DNA of 63,799 bases, filler included, from Octopus bimaculoides (lineage: Eukaryota), in the NCBI RefSeq assembly GCF_001194135.2. It is 7 parts of 7 records of this genome, joined end to end, with 100 filler letters (N's around TTAATTAATTAA, not from the genome) between each part and the next. Parts side by side here need not be neighbours in the genome. Positions count along the whole stretch, not along the records: positions 35,737 to 59,187 come from NC_068986.1; 6 more parts are not named here. The stretch is one strand, 5' to 3'. Positions 37,148 through 49,945 of the stretch are shown piece after piece (position 1 is the stretch's first letter; each line of letters starts with the position of its first letter). The notes below the pieces were generated by a model that had not been told where the DNA came from, ran no database searches, and saw nothing but the letters and a program-made list of their open reading frames with translations. Both the position numbers and the translations under genes were made by a program.

Positions 37148-37947
37148 TACATATGTATGTATATGTATATATGTGTAGATAGTTAAATACATAAATAGAT
37201 ACATAGATATTTATGGAAGGCATCTAACTGTAGAAACTTAGCCAAACTAGACATTGGAGCATGATGTAATCCTCTAACTCATGAGAATTTGTCAAACCAT
37301 TGAACTAATACCAGCATGGAAGCCAGGGGTTAGATGTTGATGATGATGCCTTTCTTTCATATTCTTCAATTATCTAAACTTATCTAGATTCTCATATGAC
37401 AATGACTTAATTCACTTTTAGTTACTCAAGATCACAATTAGTGTTATGCTGATTTAGAACAAATTAATGGGGTTAATTAATTAATTAATTAATTACTTTG
37501 ACATTATTCAATTAAATCCTGTGTACTGATAATATCACTAAAAAATGATTGTATATTCCAGAAAGGGATGCTTAATGTCGATTCAAACAAGTAAACTATA
37601 TACTGCAAATTGTAGTCAAATTGATACTGGTAAATTGGAATTTTTTTTTAATGATATGCAGGATTGGTTAGATACAGGCATTGCTGTGTGGAAAAGAAGC
37701 TTCTCTTGTAATTGTGTGGTTCTATTTGGGTTCAGTCCGACTGCACAGTATCTAAGGCAAATGTTTTCTACAATGGATCCGGGCCAACCTTGTTAGTGAA
37801 TTTGGCAGACAGAGACTGTGTGCAAACCCATTGTATATATATGGATGTAAATATGTGGATATACATATGTTGTATATATGTGGATATATANNNNNNNNNN
37901 NNNNNNNNNNNNNNNNNNNNNNNNNNNNNNNNNNNNNNNNNNNNNNN

Positions 37948-37987
<40 letters not shown>

Positions 37988-37999
37988 ATGTATATATGT

Positions 38000-38100
38000 A
38001 TTGAAGCCTGGTGCAGCCTTCTGGCTTGCCAGCCCTCAGTCAAACCGTCCAATTCATGCCAGCATTGGAAGCGGATGTTAAACAACGATAATGATGATGA
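38000..38100 (+). mobile_element. Repeat tail module E ending in (GAT)n (also ~37215-37345 and ~43405-43560)
   Basis: GCCTGGTGCAGCC..TCAAACCGTCCAA..CATGCCAGCAT.GGAAG.GGATGTTAAA..GATGATGAT. Confidence 0.7.
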
Positions 38101-38101
38101 T

Positions 38102-38139
<38 letters not shown>

Positions 38140-39309
38140 TATCAATCAGTGTGTTGGTGTCTGTTTGTGACCACACTCCTATCACTTGACAACTAGTTTC
38201 AGTTTAATATAAATAAACGATGACTTAGTAGTTCAGTAAAAGAGATCCAATGAAATAAGTACCAGACTGAAAAGCAAATGCTGGGGTTGATTTATTTAAC
38301 TAGAATCCTTCGCGGTGGTATCCCAGCATGGTCACAGTCCAGTGACAAATGAGTAAAAGAAAAATGATTATTTTGTAGACTTCCTTCAACAAGTTAGAAT
38401 TGTATTAGTAACACATAAAAATATTTCACTAAAGGTCTGGCTCTTCCTTGGTTATGACAATAAGTGTTCCAGTAGATATGATCAATTAAACAGCTCACTC
38501 TTGAAATTAACGGGCAAGTGGCTGAGCATTTCACAGACATGCATACATGCATACCCTCAAGGTAGTTCTCAGGGAGATTCAGCTTGACACAGAATGCGAT
38601 AAGGCCTTTTGAAATACAGTTACTACTAATTTTTGCTAGCAGAAGTGATGGGGCTTCTTTCAGTTTATGTTTACTAAATTCACTCACAAAGCTTTGGTCA
38701 GCTCAGGAGTATAGCAGAAGACATATGCCCAAAGTACTGTACAGTTGAACTGAGCCTGGGACCATGTGGCTGGAAGCAAACTTCTTATCATACAGCCAGA
38801 CTATTTTATTCCTATCAAATCTAATGCTTAAGTTTATGGTATAGTTCACTAAATTTTTATAAAAATAGAAAATAAAAAAGTTTTATGCAATTATGAAATT
38901 GGTATTATTTGCATTTGCAATTAATTTCCATAGGGTTGATTGTTAACAGTTCATTGTCTTAAAATGTTATCTAATTATCTGGTATGTAATTAAGCAGAAT
39001 CAAATATTTTGACTTGATAAAGTGAAATTTTCAATAATCCCTCAAATGCACTAATGAGCCACAATTCAAAAATTAAAATGTTGAGCAAGGCTAAAGATGA
39101 TTTAACTTCCCAACTTGATTAATAATTAATGAATTAATCTGAGAAAGTGTGAACTGTTTAATTCAAATAGACAGAAGGATTAGAAAAACTAAGAGTTATT
39201 AGTTTAAATTCTTATTTACTAGTCAAAAACTAGGGTCGATTTAGCAGACTATATCTTCTCCTAGAATTATTTCTATGTTAGAAACCAATAATAATTCACA
39301 TGTAAACTC

Positions 39310-39660
39310 TTATGGTTTACAAGCTTGCTTTGCAGCTGTGTGGTTTAGGGTTCAGACCCATTGGATGGCACAATAGGCAGATGTCTTCTACTATAGCCCT
39401 AGACCAAACAATGCTTTGTGAGTGGATTTGGTTTGTTTGTTTGTATGTATGTATGCTTGTGATTTTGTTCCCCCACCACTAAACAGCTCATGTTGGTTTC
39501 TTTATGTACCTGTAATTTAGTGGTTTGACATAAGAGACCGATAGAATAAATACCAGATTTAAGAAAACAAAGTCCTGGGGTTGATTTATTCAACTAAACA
39601 CATCAAGAAGACACCCTAACATGGATGCACTCCAATAACTGAAGCAAGTAAAAGATAAAA
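39310..39660 (+). mobile_element. Old, diverged SINE family A copy
   Basis: Recognisable head, CORE-like segment and 3' AAGTCCTGGGGTTGATTT..AAGTAAAAGATAAAA. Confidence 0.7.
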
Positions 39661-40461
39661 GACATTTTTCATTACGGTTCTGCTGGATTTTCAAGTTTGG
39701 ATATTTACATCAGTTGCAAGAACAAATTATGTCAACAGCACATGGTGCCAAATTAAATTCATTTCAAAAACTTTCTGTTAAGAATTTTAATCATGATTGT
39801 TTTCATGTGACAGCTGGAATAATAGTGAGAAAATTTCTCTGCTGGAGTGCCCGAAACCTAACTGAAGAGAAAGGTTAGTAAGATCTGTTAATATGGGTGG
39901 CAGCAGTCCCTAGAAGCATGCTCAACATAAAATGCTCTTTACTGCTACACTGTTGATATCGATAAATTAAGGGAAATTTACTGAAATTATATGGTATAAA
40001 TTTCAGCAATATATATTTTACTTATATTCCAGCCATAGAAAACTGTTTTATAATTCAATAATAATGATTGGTTCCAGGTCAAAAAACATTTGTAGTTTAA
40101 TTAGGTTGTGTTACACATTTTCAATAATTTGTGAAACCAAATATAAAAAGAAAAAAAAATGAAAATAATAAAGGCAGTATAAAAATCATAGTTAAGTATA
40201 TGTTGAAGGTTTCAGAGTAATTTTTCTTAAAAAAAAAAAAAAGTAATAGAATGAAAATGAAAACAAAAAGGGAATGAATTTCAAAGGAAATAATAGCAGG
40301 TTGTTTTGAAAGGCTCAGTAAAAGTCGACAGGTAGCTATCTACCATCATTTTGGCATGGTAAGAGGTGATTTCAGTGTAAGGGTCTTCATTAATGATAGT
40401 GACACTGTTTACAAAAACTATTGAATGATAGTCCCTCTTTCACTTTCAACCTGTTCATAAA

Positions 40462-40665
40462 TCAGGCCGAACTTGTGTATGCCTCCCATTGCAACACTGC
40501 TGGTCTTCCATTTAAGATAGATGGGCGGAGTACAGTTATGGCTCCATTTACTCCATTAGCTATTTGCATATGGCCATTAGTGGATAGCAGTGTGACAACA
40601 TTCTCATGTGAAAGTGTATTATATTGTCTGCCAGTCAATGTTTTATTATAACTGTCTAATTTTTG
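40462..40665 (-). CDS. Candidate terminal coding exon of unknown product
   Basis: Pyrimidine-rich tract ending ..TTCAG, then an open frame QKLDSYNKT..LNGRPAVLQWEAYTSSA* (68 codons); locally higher GC; no homology recognised. Confidence 0.2.
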   Translation of the reverse strand, partial: QKLDSYNKTLTGRQYNTLSHENVVTLLSTNGHMQIANGVNGAITVLRPSILNGRPAVLQWEAYTSSA

Positions 40666-40857
40666 CTGAATTGTATTAAGGATGGAGATGAGGTGGATGT
40701 AAAGTGTGAAAGAAATGCAATAGGCTAATAGCAAGATGTGTGATGTTTGAAAATATGCTCAGACTACCATCAATCAGAAGCTTGTTTTGGGTTATTTCCT
40801 TTCTTTTTTATTGAAATTTTTCTTTTATCTTTTTCCTGATGATAACTTTTACAACAG

Positions 40858-40974
40858 TACCAACAGTCAGTACGTGACATTATTGAAGATTTGCTGGATA
40901 GGGGGCAACTTCAACCATATTTGATTCCTCATAGAAAATTCTTATACACGCTGTTTCATTTTGTCATTTATTAA
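40858..40974 (+). CDS. Candidate coding exon of unknown product
   Basis: Long polypyrimidine tract ending ACAACAG, then YQQSVRDIIEDLLDRGQLQPYLIPHRKFLYTLFHFVIY*; no good donor; no homology recognised. Confidence 0.2.
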   Translation, partial: YQQSVRDIIEDLLDRGQLQPYLIPHRKFLYTLFHFVIY

Positions 40975-41099
40975 CATAATAAGGGTCAAACTAAAGACAG
41001 CAACTGTATTCTGCTTACTGGGGGGTTGTTTTATTCAAAAAATTTCAGTTAAGGTCTGAAATTAAAGAGCAGAGTAAAGTGCAAGATACTAATACAATG

Positions 41100-41104
41100 T
41101 TTTT

Positions 41105-41153
<49 letters not shown>

Positions 41154-41786
41154 TACATACACACACACATATATACATATACACACACAGACACACATAT
41201 ATATATATACGTATATATATATGTATATGTATATATATATATTTATATATATGCATATAAATCTATATAAGTATATATATATATATGTATATATATTTGT
41301 ATATATATATATGTATATGTATTTGTATGTATATATATATATTTGTATAGATATATATGTATATGTATTTGTATGTATATATATATATTTGTATAGATAT
41401 ATATATATATGTATATATATATATTTGTATAGATATATATATATATGTATGTATATATACATGTATATAGATATATATATATATGTATGTATATATACAT
41501 GTATATACATATATATATATATGTATGTATATATACATGTATATACATATATATGTATGTATATATACATGTATATACATATATATATATGTATATATAC
41601 ATGTATATACATATATATATATACATGNNNNNNNNNNNNNNNNNNNNNNNNNNNNNNNNNNNNNNNNNNNNNNNNNNNNNNNNNNNNNNNNNNNNNNNNN
41701 NNNNNNNNNNNNNNNNNNNNNNNNNNNNNNNNNNNNNNNNNNNNNNNNNNNNNNNNNNNNNNNNNNNNNNNNNNNNNNNNNNNNNN

Positions 41787-41830
<44 letters not shown>
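41100..41830. repeat. Compound TA-rich microsatellite/minisatellite array
   Basis: Directly visible; contains a gap. Confidence 0.9.
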
Positions 41831-41837
<7 letters not shown>

Positions 41838-43059
41838 TTATATCGGTGATATATTTGTATAGATTTGTTGAAAATTATGGGGTCTATTTCAGAGAATTGC
41901 CACTTTCAAATATAACAATTACTGTATGCTGATATTTTAGGAAGGGTTTATAAATATATTTCAAGTATGTATTTGTGTGGTGTGTAAATTCTGGGTAAAG
42001 AATCAACCAGGAAAGATTTCAACCTCATCTTGATAAAATATCCAGGCATAAACAGGTGCTAGACCACCTTTCACTTTATTCTTTTGATCCTATTACAATA
42101 AGCCCCAGCCACACACAGTTTCTCCCCAATTTTTTCTTTTTTTTTTAGCAGTGTTTCTAGTTTCATATTGTTCTCTTCAGCATTTTTTAATTTTATTTTT
42201 ATTTGTTACTAATTCCATTGATTTATGTCAAAGAAGGAAAATGCTAACCTAACTGACTGAAAACTGGTAAACGATCATTTGTTTTCATACATCAGTTAAG
42301 GAAAGTTTGCATAAGGAGGCAGTCGTTATGTGACAAGGGTATTAAGAAGATGTTTATGTTTTCTTACTTTCAGTGGAATAAACATAAGGATGATTTAAAA
42401 TATAAAAAATGAGTTTCTGGTATTGTTTAGCCCAAGGTCACCGTGATTGAAAAGTATTATGATCAAAAGCATTTTAACTACGATCATCCCATTCTTCTAC
42501 ATATTTAGGACTATATTTTTCAATGTGTTGCTTCTTTTTTAAGAAGTTGGGTATAATTTGAGCGAGATCTGACTGCTATTTCTAGCAGATCAAATAAAGA
42601 GATACAGTTTCCTTTGTAAGTTCATGAAATCCAAGTAGAATATGATTCATTTTTATAAACCTAGTAGCATTTAATTGAATCAAAATAACTATTTTGCAAA
42701 ATAAGCAGCTGTTTTGAAATAAATGCTTTCTTTTTTATACTATTTGCAATACCATGCTACCTCTACTAAATCATAAATACATATCCTAACTTAATTCGCA
42801 TTTTTCCCCTTGAATTAGTGACAGTTTTTTTTATCTGCTGACTGAGGGCAAGAGTACAGTATTATATATGTATTACAACCTTACCATATCCTCAGCTAAC
42901 ATTGAAAGTCTGCACTCTCTTTTGTTATCTATCTCCCTTGAGTATATATATCTCGTATCTTTTATTTGTTCCAATCATTGGATTGCAGTGCTGCTACTGT
43001 CACCATTTTGAAGGGTTTCATTCGACAAATCGACCCCACTACTTCGTTTTAAACCTGGT

Positions 43060-43380
43060 AATTGTTCTATCAGTTACTTTTGCCTAACTGCTAGGTTGTG
43101 GGAATATAACAAGCCAACACTGATTGTTAAGCAGAGAAGGAGAGGGACAAATACAATAACAGAGAGAGAGAGAGAGAGAGAGATGCAAGCATGGCTGTGT
43201 GATAAGAAGCTTGCTTTCCAACCGTGTGGTTCCAGGTTCAGTCTCACTGCATGACACCATGGGCAAATATCTTCTACTATAGCCTTGGGCCAACCAAAGG
43301 CTTGTGAGTGGATTTGACAGACAGAAACTAAAAGAAGCCTATTGTGTACACACACACACACAAACACACATGCACAACAT
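43060..43380. mobile_element. Minus-strand SINE A 3' fragment (~42960-43140) followed by a plus-strand SINE A head (~43190-43380)
   Basis: CCTAACTGCTAGGTTGTGGG..CAAGCCAACAC is the reverse complement of the A tail; head GGCTGTGTG..GGTTCAGTC..ACCATGGGCAAAT. Confidence 0.65.
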
Positions 43381-43560
43381 ACACACACATATGTGTGTTC
43401 ACTCTGCAGGACAGTTGGTGTTAAGAAGGGCATCCAGCCATAAAACACTATGCCAAACAGACATTGAAGCCTAGTGTAGTCCTCTGCCAAGCCAGCTTCC
43501 CTCAAACCACCCAACCCATGCTAGCATGGAAAGCAGATGTTAAATGATGATGATGATGAT

Positions 43561-43713
43561 GGGCTGTGTGGTAAGTAGCTTGCTTACCAACCACATAGTT
43601 CCGGGTTCAGTCCCACTGCATGGCACCTTGGGCAAGTGTCTTCTACTATAGCCTCAGGCCGACCAAAGCCTTGTGAGTGGATTTGGTAGACGGAAACTGA
43701 AAGAAGCTTGTCG

Positions 43714-43745
<32 letters not shown>

Positions 43746-43944
43746 TGTGTGTCTGTGTTTGTCTCCCCACCATCGCTTGACAACCAATGCTGGTGTGTTT
43801 ACGGCCCCGTAACCTAGCGGTTCGGCAAAAAAGACCGATAGAATATGTACGAGGTTTACAAAGAATAAGTCCTGGGGTCGATTTTCTCAACTAAAGGCGG
43901 TGCTCCAGCATGGCCGCAGTCAAATGACTGAAACAAGTAAAGAG
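43561..43944 (+). mobile_element. Full-length SINE family A (tRNA head + CORE-like segment + internal microsatellite + 3' domain)
   Basis: GGCTGTGTGGTAAGTAG, B box GGGTTCAGTCCC, ACCTTGGGCAAGT (MIR/CORE-like), ends GAAACAAGTAAAGAG. Confidence 0.9.
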
Positions 43945-44109
43945 TATATATATACATACATACATGCATGATGGGCTTTCACAGATTCTGTTTACCAAAT
44001 TCACTCACATTTCCCAAAATGCCATACAATGGGACTGAGCCTAAAACACATAGTTGTAAAGCGAGCTTCTTAACCACATATCAATGCCTGCATAATGTTG
44101 ATAGTGTGA

Positions 44110-44250
44110 TTATTCTGCTGAGGTTGACTTTGCCTTTTATCCTTTCAGGGTCGATAAAAACAAATACCAGTTGAGTACTGAGGTTGATGTAATCAACTTA
44201 CTCCCACTCACCCAAAATTGCTGGCCTTGTGCCAAAATTTGAAATCAATA
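44110..44250 (+). mobile_element. Diverged SINE family D core + tail 2
   Basis: GAGGTTGACTTTGCCTTTTATCCTTTCAGGGTCGATAAAA..GGCCTTGTGCC. Confidence 0.7.
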
Positions 44251-44272
44251 TTTATAGTTAGTAACTAGAAAC

Positions 44273-44630
44273 TGTTGTTGTTGTTGTTGTTGTTGGCACT
44301 TCGTCACTTACGACGTCGAGGGTTCCATTCGATCCGATCAACGGAACAGCCTGCTCATGAAATTAACGTGCAAGTGGCTGAGCACTCCACAGACATGTGT
44401 ACCCTTAACGTAGTTCTCATGGATATTCAGTGTGACACAGTGTGACAAGGCTGACCCTTTGAATTACAGGCACAACAGAAACAGGAAGTAAGAGTGAGAG
44501 AAAGTTGTGGTGAAAGAGTACAGCAGGGTTCGCCACCATCCCCTGCCGGAGCCTTGTGGATCTTTAGGTGTTTTTGCTCAATAGACACTCACAACGCCCG
44601 GTCTGGGAATCGAAACTGCAATCCTATGAC
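44273..44630 (-). mobile_element. SINE family B (5' end lost in gap)
   Basis: (TTG)n tail and body are the reverse complement of the 28930 copy. Confidence 0.9.
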
Positions 44631-46053
44631 NNNNNNNNNNNNNNNNNNNNNNNNNNNNNNNNNNNNNNNNNNNNNNNNNNNNNNNNNNNNNNNNNNNNNN
44701 NNNNNNNNNNNNNNNNNNNNNNNNNNNNNNNNNNNNNNNNNNNNNNNNNNNNNNNNNNNNNNNNNNNNNNNNNNNNNNNNNNNNNNNNNNNNNNNNNNNN
44801 NNNNNNNNNNNNNNNNNNNNNNNNNNNACTAAACAAATAGTTAAAAGATTAAATTGAATATACTGCTATTTTTTTTTTAACTGCTCAAAACCTTTGTATG
44901 TAATTTGTAGCTGGAAATATTTAGTGTAAAGTGATTCTCTGCTGCTGATGGTAGCATTTATTTACATTATTATCTCATAAATAGCAAATAATATCATGTT
45001 AGTCTATATAAAGGTTTCTACCCAACATCTTTATTTATTTATTTATTTATTACTCATTTATTGTTTCACAAAGGCTGATTTCACAATGGTATGGAAAAGA
45101 AAGCTTGAAGAAAGAAAAAAAAAACTGGAAAAATGGAACTGACAATGGATAACTTGAATGAATGAGTAAATAAATGGATAAACAATTAATTTTAAAAACT
45201 ACATACAAAGGTAATGACTTACCTTTTACATACAAATGAAATAAGTAGGCTGAGAAATGTTGAATTTACATCTCTTTAAAACCTAAGACTACACACACAA
45301 ATACTCATACACACACGCATGCCACTCATACACACATTCATACACACATACATTGTAACACATTCATATACACTTGTATTTTTATGTATATGTAATCTTA
45401 AGATTTATAAATGCAAATTCTAATGCATCAGTTGACCTATACATACACACACATGTATGTGAATATGTATATAAATATATTATTTTCCTTTACTAATAAT
45501 CTAAATATTCAACTGCCAATAAAAGAATATATATATGTATATATATGTATGTGTGTGTGTGTGTGTATAAATATCTATATATGTGTATCTAGCTATCTAT
45601 TACTCTGTCTATCTCCATCCATCCATCTATCTATATATATATATATATCATGATGTATGTATATTTATTATGTATAATTTTCTGTAACTGTAGATTAGCT
45701 ATTTGATTGTTAGTTGAGAGAATATTTATTGAGCAGCTAACTAATGAAATAACTGCTGTGCTGTTTCCAAAACTTAATATGAAGGAATAGTTGAGTAGAG
45801 GCTCGGGTAATTTATTAGCTAATAAAACTTGAAGAAATTATGGGTTGTCACCAGTAATTAAGTTGATGCCAGATTTTACCATTTTTTTCCTCGTTGCAAT
45901 TGCATAAAAATAGAAAAAAGAAAATGAACATAGTTGAAAGAAAGCATAAATGGTAGAAAGAAAGATGTGGTGTAATCCAAAGAAAGACTTTTTCTATTTT
46001 TCTAAATTTAACATTTGCTCAGAATATTATTTTCTTAAAAGCTTTGGACAGTT

Positions 46054-46106
<53 letters not shown>

Positions 46107-46480
46107 NNNNNNNNNNNNNNNNNNNNNNNNNNNNNNNNNNNNNNNNNNNNNNNNNNNNNNNNNNNNNNNNNNNNNNNNNNNNNNNNNNNNNNNNNNNNNN
46201 NNNNNNNNNNNNNNNNNNNNNNNNNNNNNNNNNNNNNNNNNNNNNNNNNNNNNNNNNNNNNNNNNNNNNNNNNNNNNNNNNNNNNNNNNNNNNNNNNNNN
46301 NNNNNNNNNNNNNNNNNNNNNNNNNNNNNNNNNNNNNNNNNNNNNNNNNNNNNNNNNNNNNNNNNNNNATATATATATAGGCCACAATGATGGAATTATC
46401 TAGCAGCACAAATATTTACTTTATCAATATGAAAAAGATGAAAAGCTAGGTTGATCTTGGTAATATATATATATATATAT

Positions 46481-46526
<46 letters not shown>

Positions 46527-47204
46527 GTGTGTGTGTGTATAGATGGATGGATGGACGGACCGGCAGATAGATAGATAGATAACAGTAAATTTATTCCACT
46601 CAGTGAACTTTAAGCATTTATAATTCATTAATAAAGATCATTGCTAATTTCTTGAATTCTATCATATTACTCTAATGAATGAATTAGTCTAGAGGTTGGT
46701 TCAACTTTGAGCTACAGTTGTAGACTATAACAGTAATTATAAAAGCAATTGCTATCTAATGTAAAACCTAAAAACAGTTACTACAACTGAGTGCTAGCAT
46801 TAGAAATAACATGGCAAAAATAAGTGCTATGAATCAAGAGATAAGAAGAAAATGGATTATGAAATGTGCAAGTGTAATATTACATGGATAATGTTGATTA
46901 TTTCATCCTCCTCATCATCGTTATTGTTTTACTGTCCACTTTTCCATTCTTGTAAAGGTCAAACGGAGTTTATTGAGACAGATTTCCTATGGCTGGATAC
47001 CATTCTTGTTGCTAGCCCTTGTTTTATTCAAGCAGGGTAGTGTTTTTCCAGTCAGGTATGCTTGTGCAGAGTATTGGTAATGAACCCCACTGCTTGTATG
47101 ATAGTGACACTCATTTACAACTATAATGCAATGTCAAGATAAACAGACTCAACATGCACAGATGCACACATACAAGCATACATACATACACACACACACA
47201 CACC

Positions 47205-47437
47205 AAGGTGGTGAGCTGGCAGAAACGTTATCACGCCGGGCGAAATGCTTAGTGGTATTTCGTCTGCCGCTACGTTCTGAATTCAAATTCCGCCGAGGTC
47301 GACTTTGCCTTTCATCCTTTTGGGGTCGATTAAATAAGTACCAGTCACGCACTGGGGTTGATATAATCGACTTAATCCGTTTGTCTATTCTTGTTTGTCC
47401 CCTCTGTATGTAGCCCCTTCTGGGTAGTAAAGAAATA
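47205..47437 (+). mobile_element. Full-length SINE family D, tail type 1
   Basis: GGTGAGCTGGCAGAA..GAATTCAAATTCC..GTCGACTTTGCCTTTCATCC..TAGCCCCTT.TGGG.AGTAAAGAAATA. Confidence 0.9.
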
Positions 47438-47559
47438 CACACATGCATATATAAATATTTGGTTATGTTGATATGCTAGGCTGAAGTCCTCTTCTGCTCA
47501 TGTTTAGCATTTATGCACATTGCGATCAAATGGAAGAAATTCTTTATGCTACTATGTGC

Positions 47560-47760
47560 ATTGTGTCCCTACCCACCACTTGACAACTAGTGTTGGTTTG
47601 TTTATGCATCCACAACTTAGTGGTTCTGCAAAAGCGACTAATTCCATAAACATCAGGCTTAAGAAATAAGTACTGAGGTCAACTTGTTTGACTAAAACCC
47701 TTTAAAGTAGTGCCACAGCATGACCACAGTCCAATGATTGGAACAAGTAAAAGATAAAAA
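47560..47760 (+). mobile_element. Diverged SINE family A 3' half
   Basis: CTTGACAAC..GTTGGTTTGTTTA..AACTTAG..AAATAAGTAC..AACAAGTAAAAGATAAAA. Confidence 0.7.
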
Positions 47761-48198
47761 AGTAGGTAGTAAAATGATGATGATAGATTAAGCATATATG
47801 ATCAAGTATATATAAAATGTTGAATGTGAATAATTGCATTGAACAAGAAGATGAATAGATTTACAGAAAGTCTAAAAAGTCTGAAGTATTCGAAAGAGGG
47901 AGAGTGTTAGCACAAGTTGCTAAATCACCAAAAATGGTGTCGGTAGAGAAAAGTAATGCAAATTGATCTGAATTCTTTCTTTCCACTGAGTGGAAGTATT
48001 TGAATGTATTTAGAATGAAGATTAATAAAGCTATTTTACGTTTTCCTTCATTACTTGTATATTTCTTTTCTTTTTCACATTTTTACTAGTTTGGTTAATT
48101 AAGGAAGAATGTATTTGTAGCTGCTTTCTTGTTTAGCATCTCTTGAATGAATGAATAATACACATACACACACATCATTGTGTATGTATGAGTGTGTT

Positions 48199-48231
<33 letters not shown>

Positions 48232-48807
48232 ATATGCTGAACTGATCAAATATTCAATTAGATATATTTGAATTATTATCCAAAATCAGGTAATATATTA
48301 GCATTCGTTAACAGCCAGAATCTGCTTCATGAATTGTAGAATTAATTTGTAATTAATCAAAACTTTTGGCTGCAGAATTAAGATAGCCAGAAAATTCACA
48401 TTTGTTTGAATTATCTAAGAGTTCTCATTAACAAAAAAAAAAAAAAAAACATATAGAAAGAAAAAGCAAAAAAAAAAAAGACTAAAAATAGAGAAGCAAA
48501 TTATATTAATTTGGATTTGAAATAAAAATTATCCAGATAGCAAAGCACATTCAGGAACAATGCAAGAATTATTTGAAGGATGATGCCAGAAATTTCTATA
48601 CTTTGGTACCATACATTGGCCTAAGAAAAGTTTTTACTCACTTATTCATTTTTAACTTATTCTAATTAGATATGATTTCTCTTCTCTGTAGATATAGGCA
48701 TAAATTTGATTGAGTTTTTGGATTAATTGTAATTCAATTTGATATAACACAGTGAAAACCATTAGGGAAAAAAAAAAAACAAGAGGTTGAATTTGTATGT
48801 GAGCAAA

Positions 48808-49057
48808 TCATCTGCTGGTATCAGTGTAGGGAGTCCAATGAAAGAAACAACTTGAGTTTTTGAGCTCAATATTTAAAAATAGAGGGACCATGGGACCTGT
48901 AGTGAGTCGGTATATTAGTTTATGTTATGATCATAAAGAATTTAAGTTTCTGGGTTCAAATAAATGGGGCTTACCAATGTATGTGCGTGTGTGCGCAAAT
49001 AATACCCCCAAGAATGATGGAAAGTTATAGTGATTGAAAGGTAGTATGGGTGGAAAC
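48808..49057 (-). CDS. Candidate two-exon fragment (49057-48975 and 48896-48808) separated by a 78-nt GT-AG intron
   Basis: Strong polypyrimidine acceptor, donor GTAAGC, branch-like CTAAT, acceptor CTACAG; phases join to ..FPPILPFNHYNFPSFLGVLFAHTRTYIGPMVPLFLNIELKNSSCFFHWTPYTDTSR*; no homology recognised. Confidence 0.25.
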
Positions 49058-49326
49058 CTAAAAGACTGAAGTTATAGTGTGAGAAAGAAAAAGACAAGAA
49101 AGAAGAAAAAATAACAAACTCAGACACCATCCTAATTTGATTTTCCTTCCTCTTATCATTTTGACACTTTGTATGTAATAAACAAATAAATATACATTTT
49201 TTTCATTTTTCCATCTTTCTCCAACAAAGTCTCCAGTTCAAAACATTAGATTTCTCTTCTACATTAAAAAAAATATAATTTATTCCATTCTGTAAACTTT
49301 TAGCATTTATTATTTATCAATGCATT

Positions 49327-49945
49327 AAGGGTGGTGAGCTGGCAGAACCGTTAGTATGCCAGGTGAAATGCTTAGCGGTATTTTGTCTGCTGCTATGTTC
49401 TGAGTTAAAATTCCACCGAAGTTGACTTTGCTTTTCATCCTTTCGGGGTTGATAAATTAAGTACCAGTTACGCACTGGGGTTGATATAATCGACTTAATC
49501 CCTTTGTCTGTCCTTGTTTGTCCCCTCTATGTTTAGCCCCTTGTGGGCAATAAAGAAATAAGAAACATTAGCATGCCAGGTGAAATGCTTAGCAGTATTT
49601 CATCTGTCTTTATGTTCTGAATTCAAATTCTGCCAAGGTCGACTTTGCCTTTCATCCTTTTGGGGGTCGATAAATTAAGTACCAGTTGCATACTAGGGTC
49701 AAGCTAATCAACTGGCCCCTCCCCCAAAATTTTGGACCTTGTGCCTAGAGTAGGAAAGATTATTTATCAATGCATAGTGGTTTTTCATCCATTTTCAAGT
49801 TGTAAGTTCAAATTCTGCTGCAGCCAACTTTGCCTTTCATCCTTTCAGGGTCAATAAAATAAGTACCAGTTGAGTACTGGTGTTGATGTAATCAACTATA
49901 CCCCTCCCCCAAATTTCAGGCCTTGTGCCTATTGTAGAAAAGATT
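49327..49945 (+). mobile_element. Three tandem SINE family D copies (tail 1, tail 2, tail 2)
   Basis: Cores near 49420, 49640 and 49830; ATTATTTATCAATGCAT at 49309-49325 and 49759-49775, 15/17 copy at 49943-49959. Confidence 0.9.
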
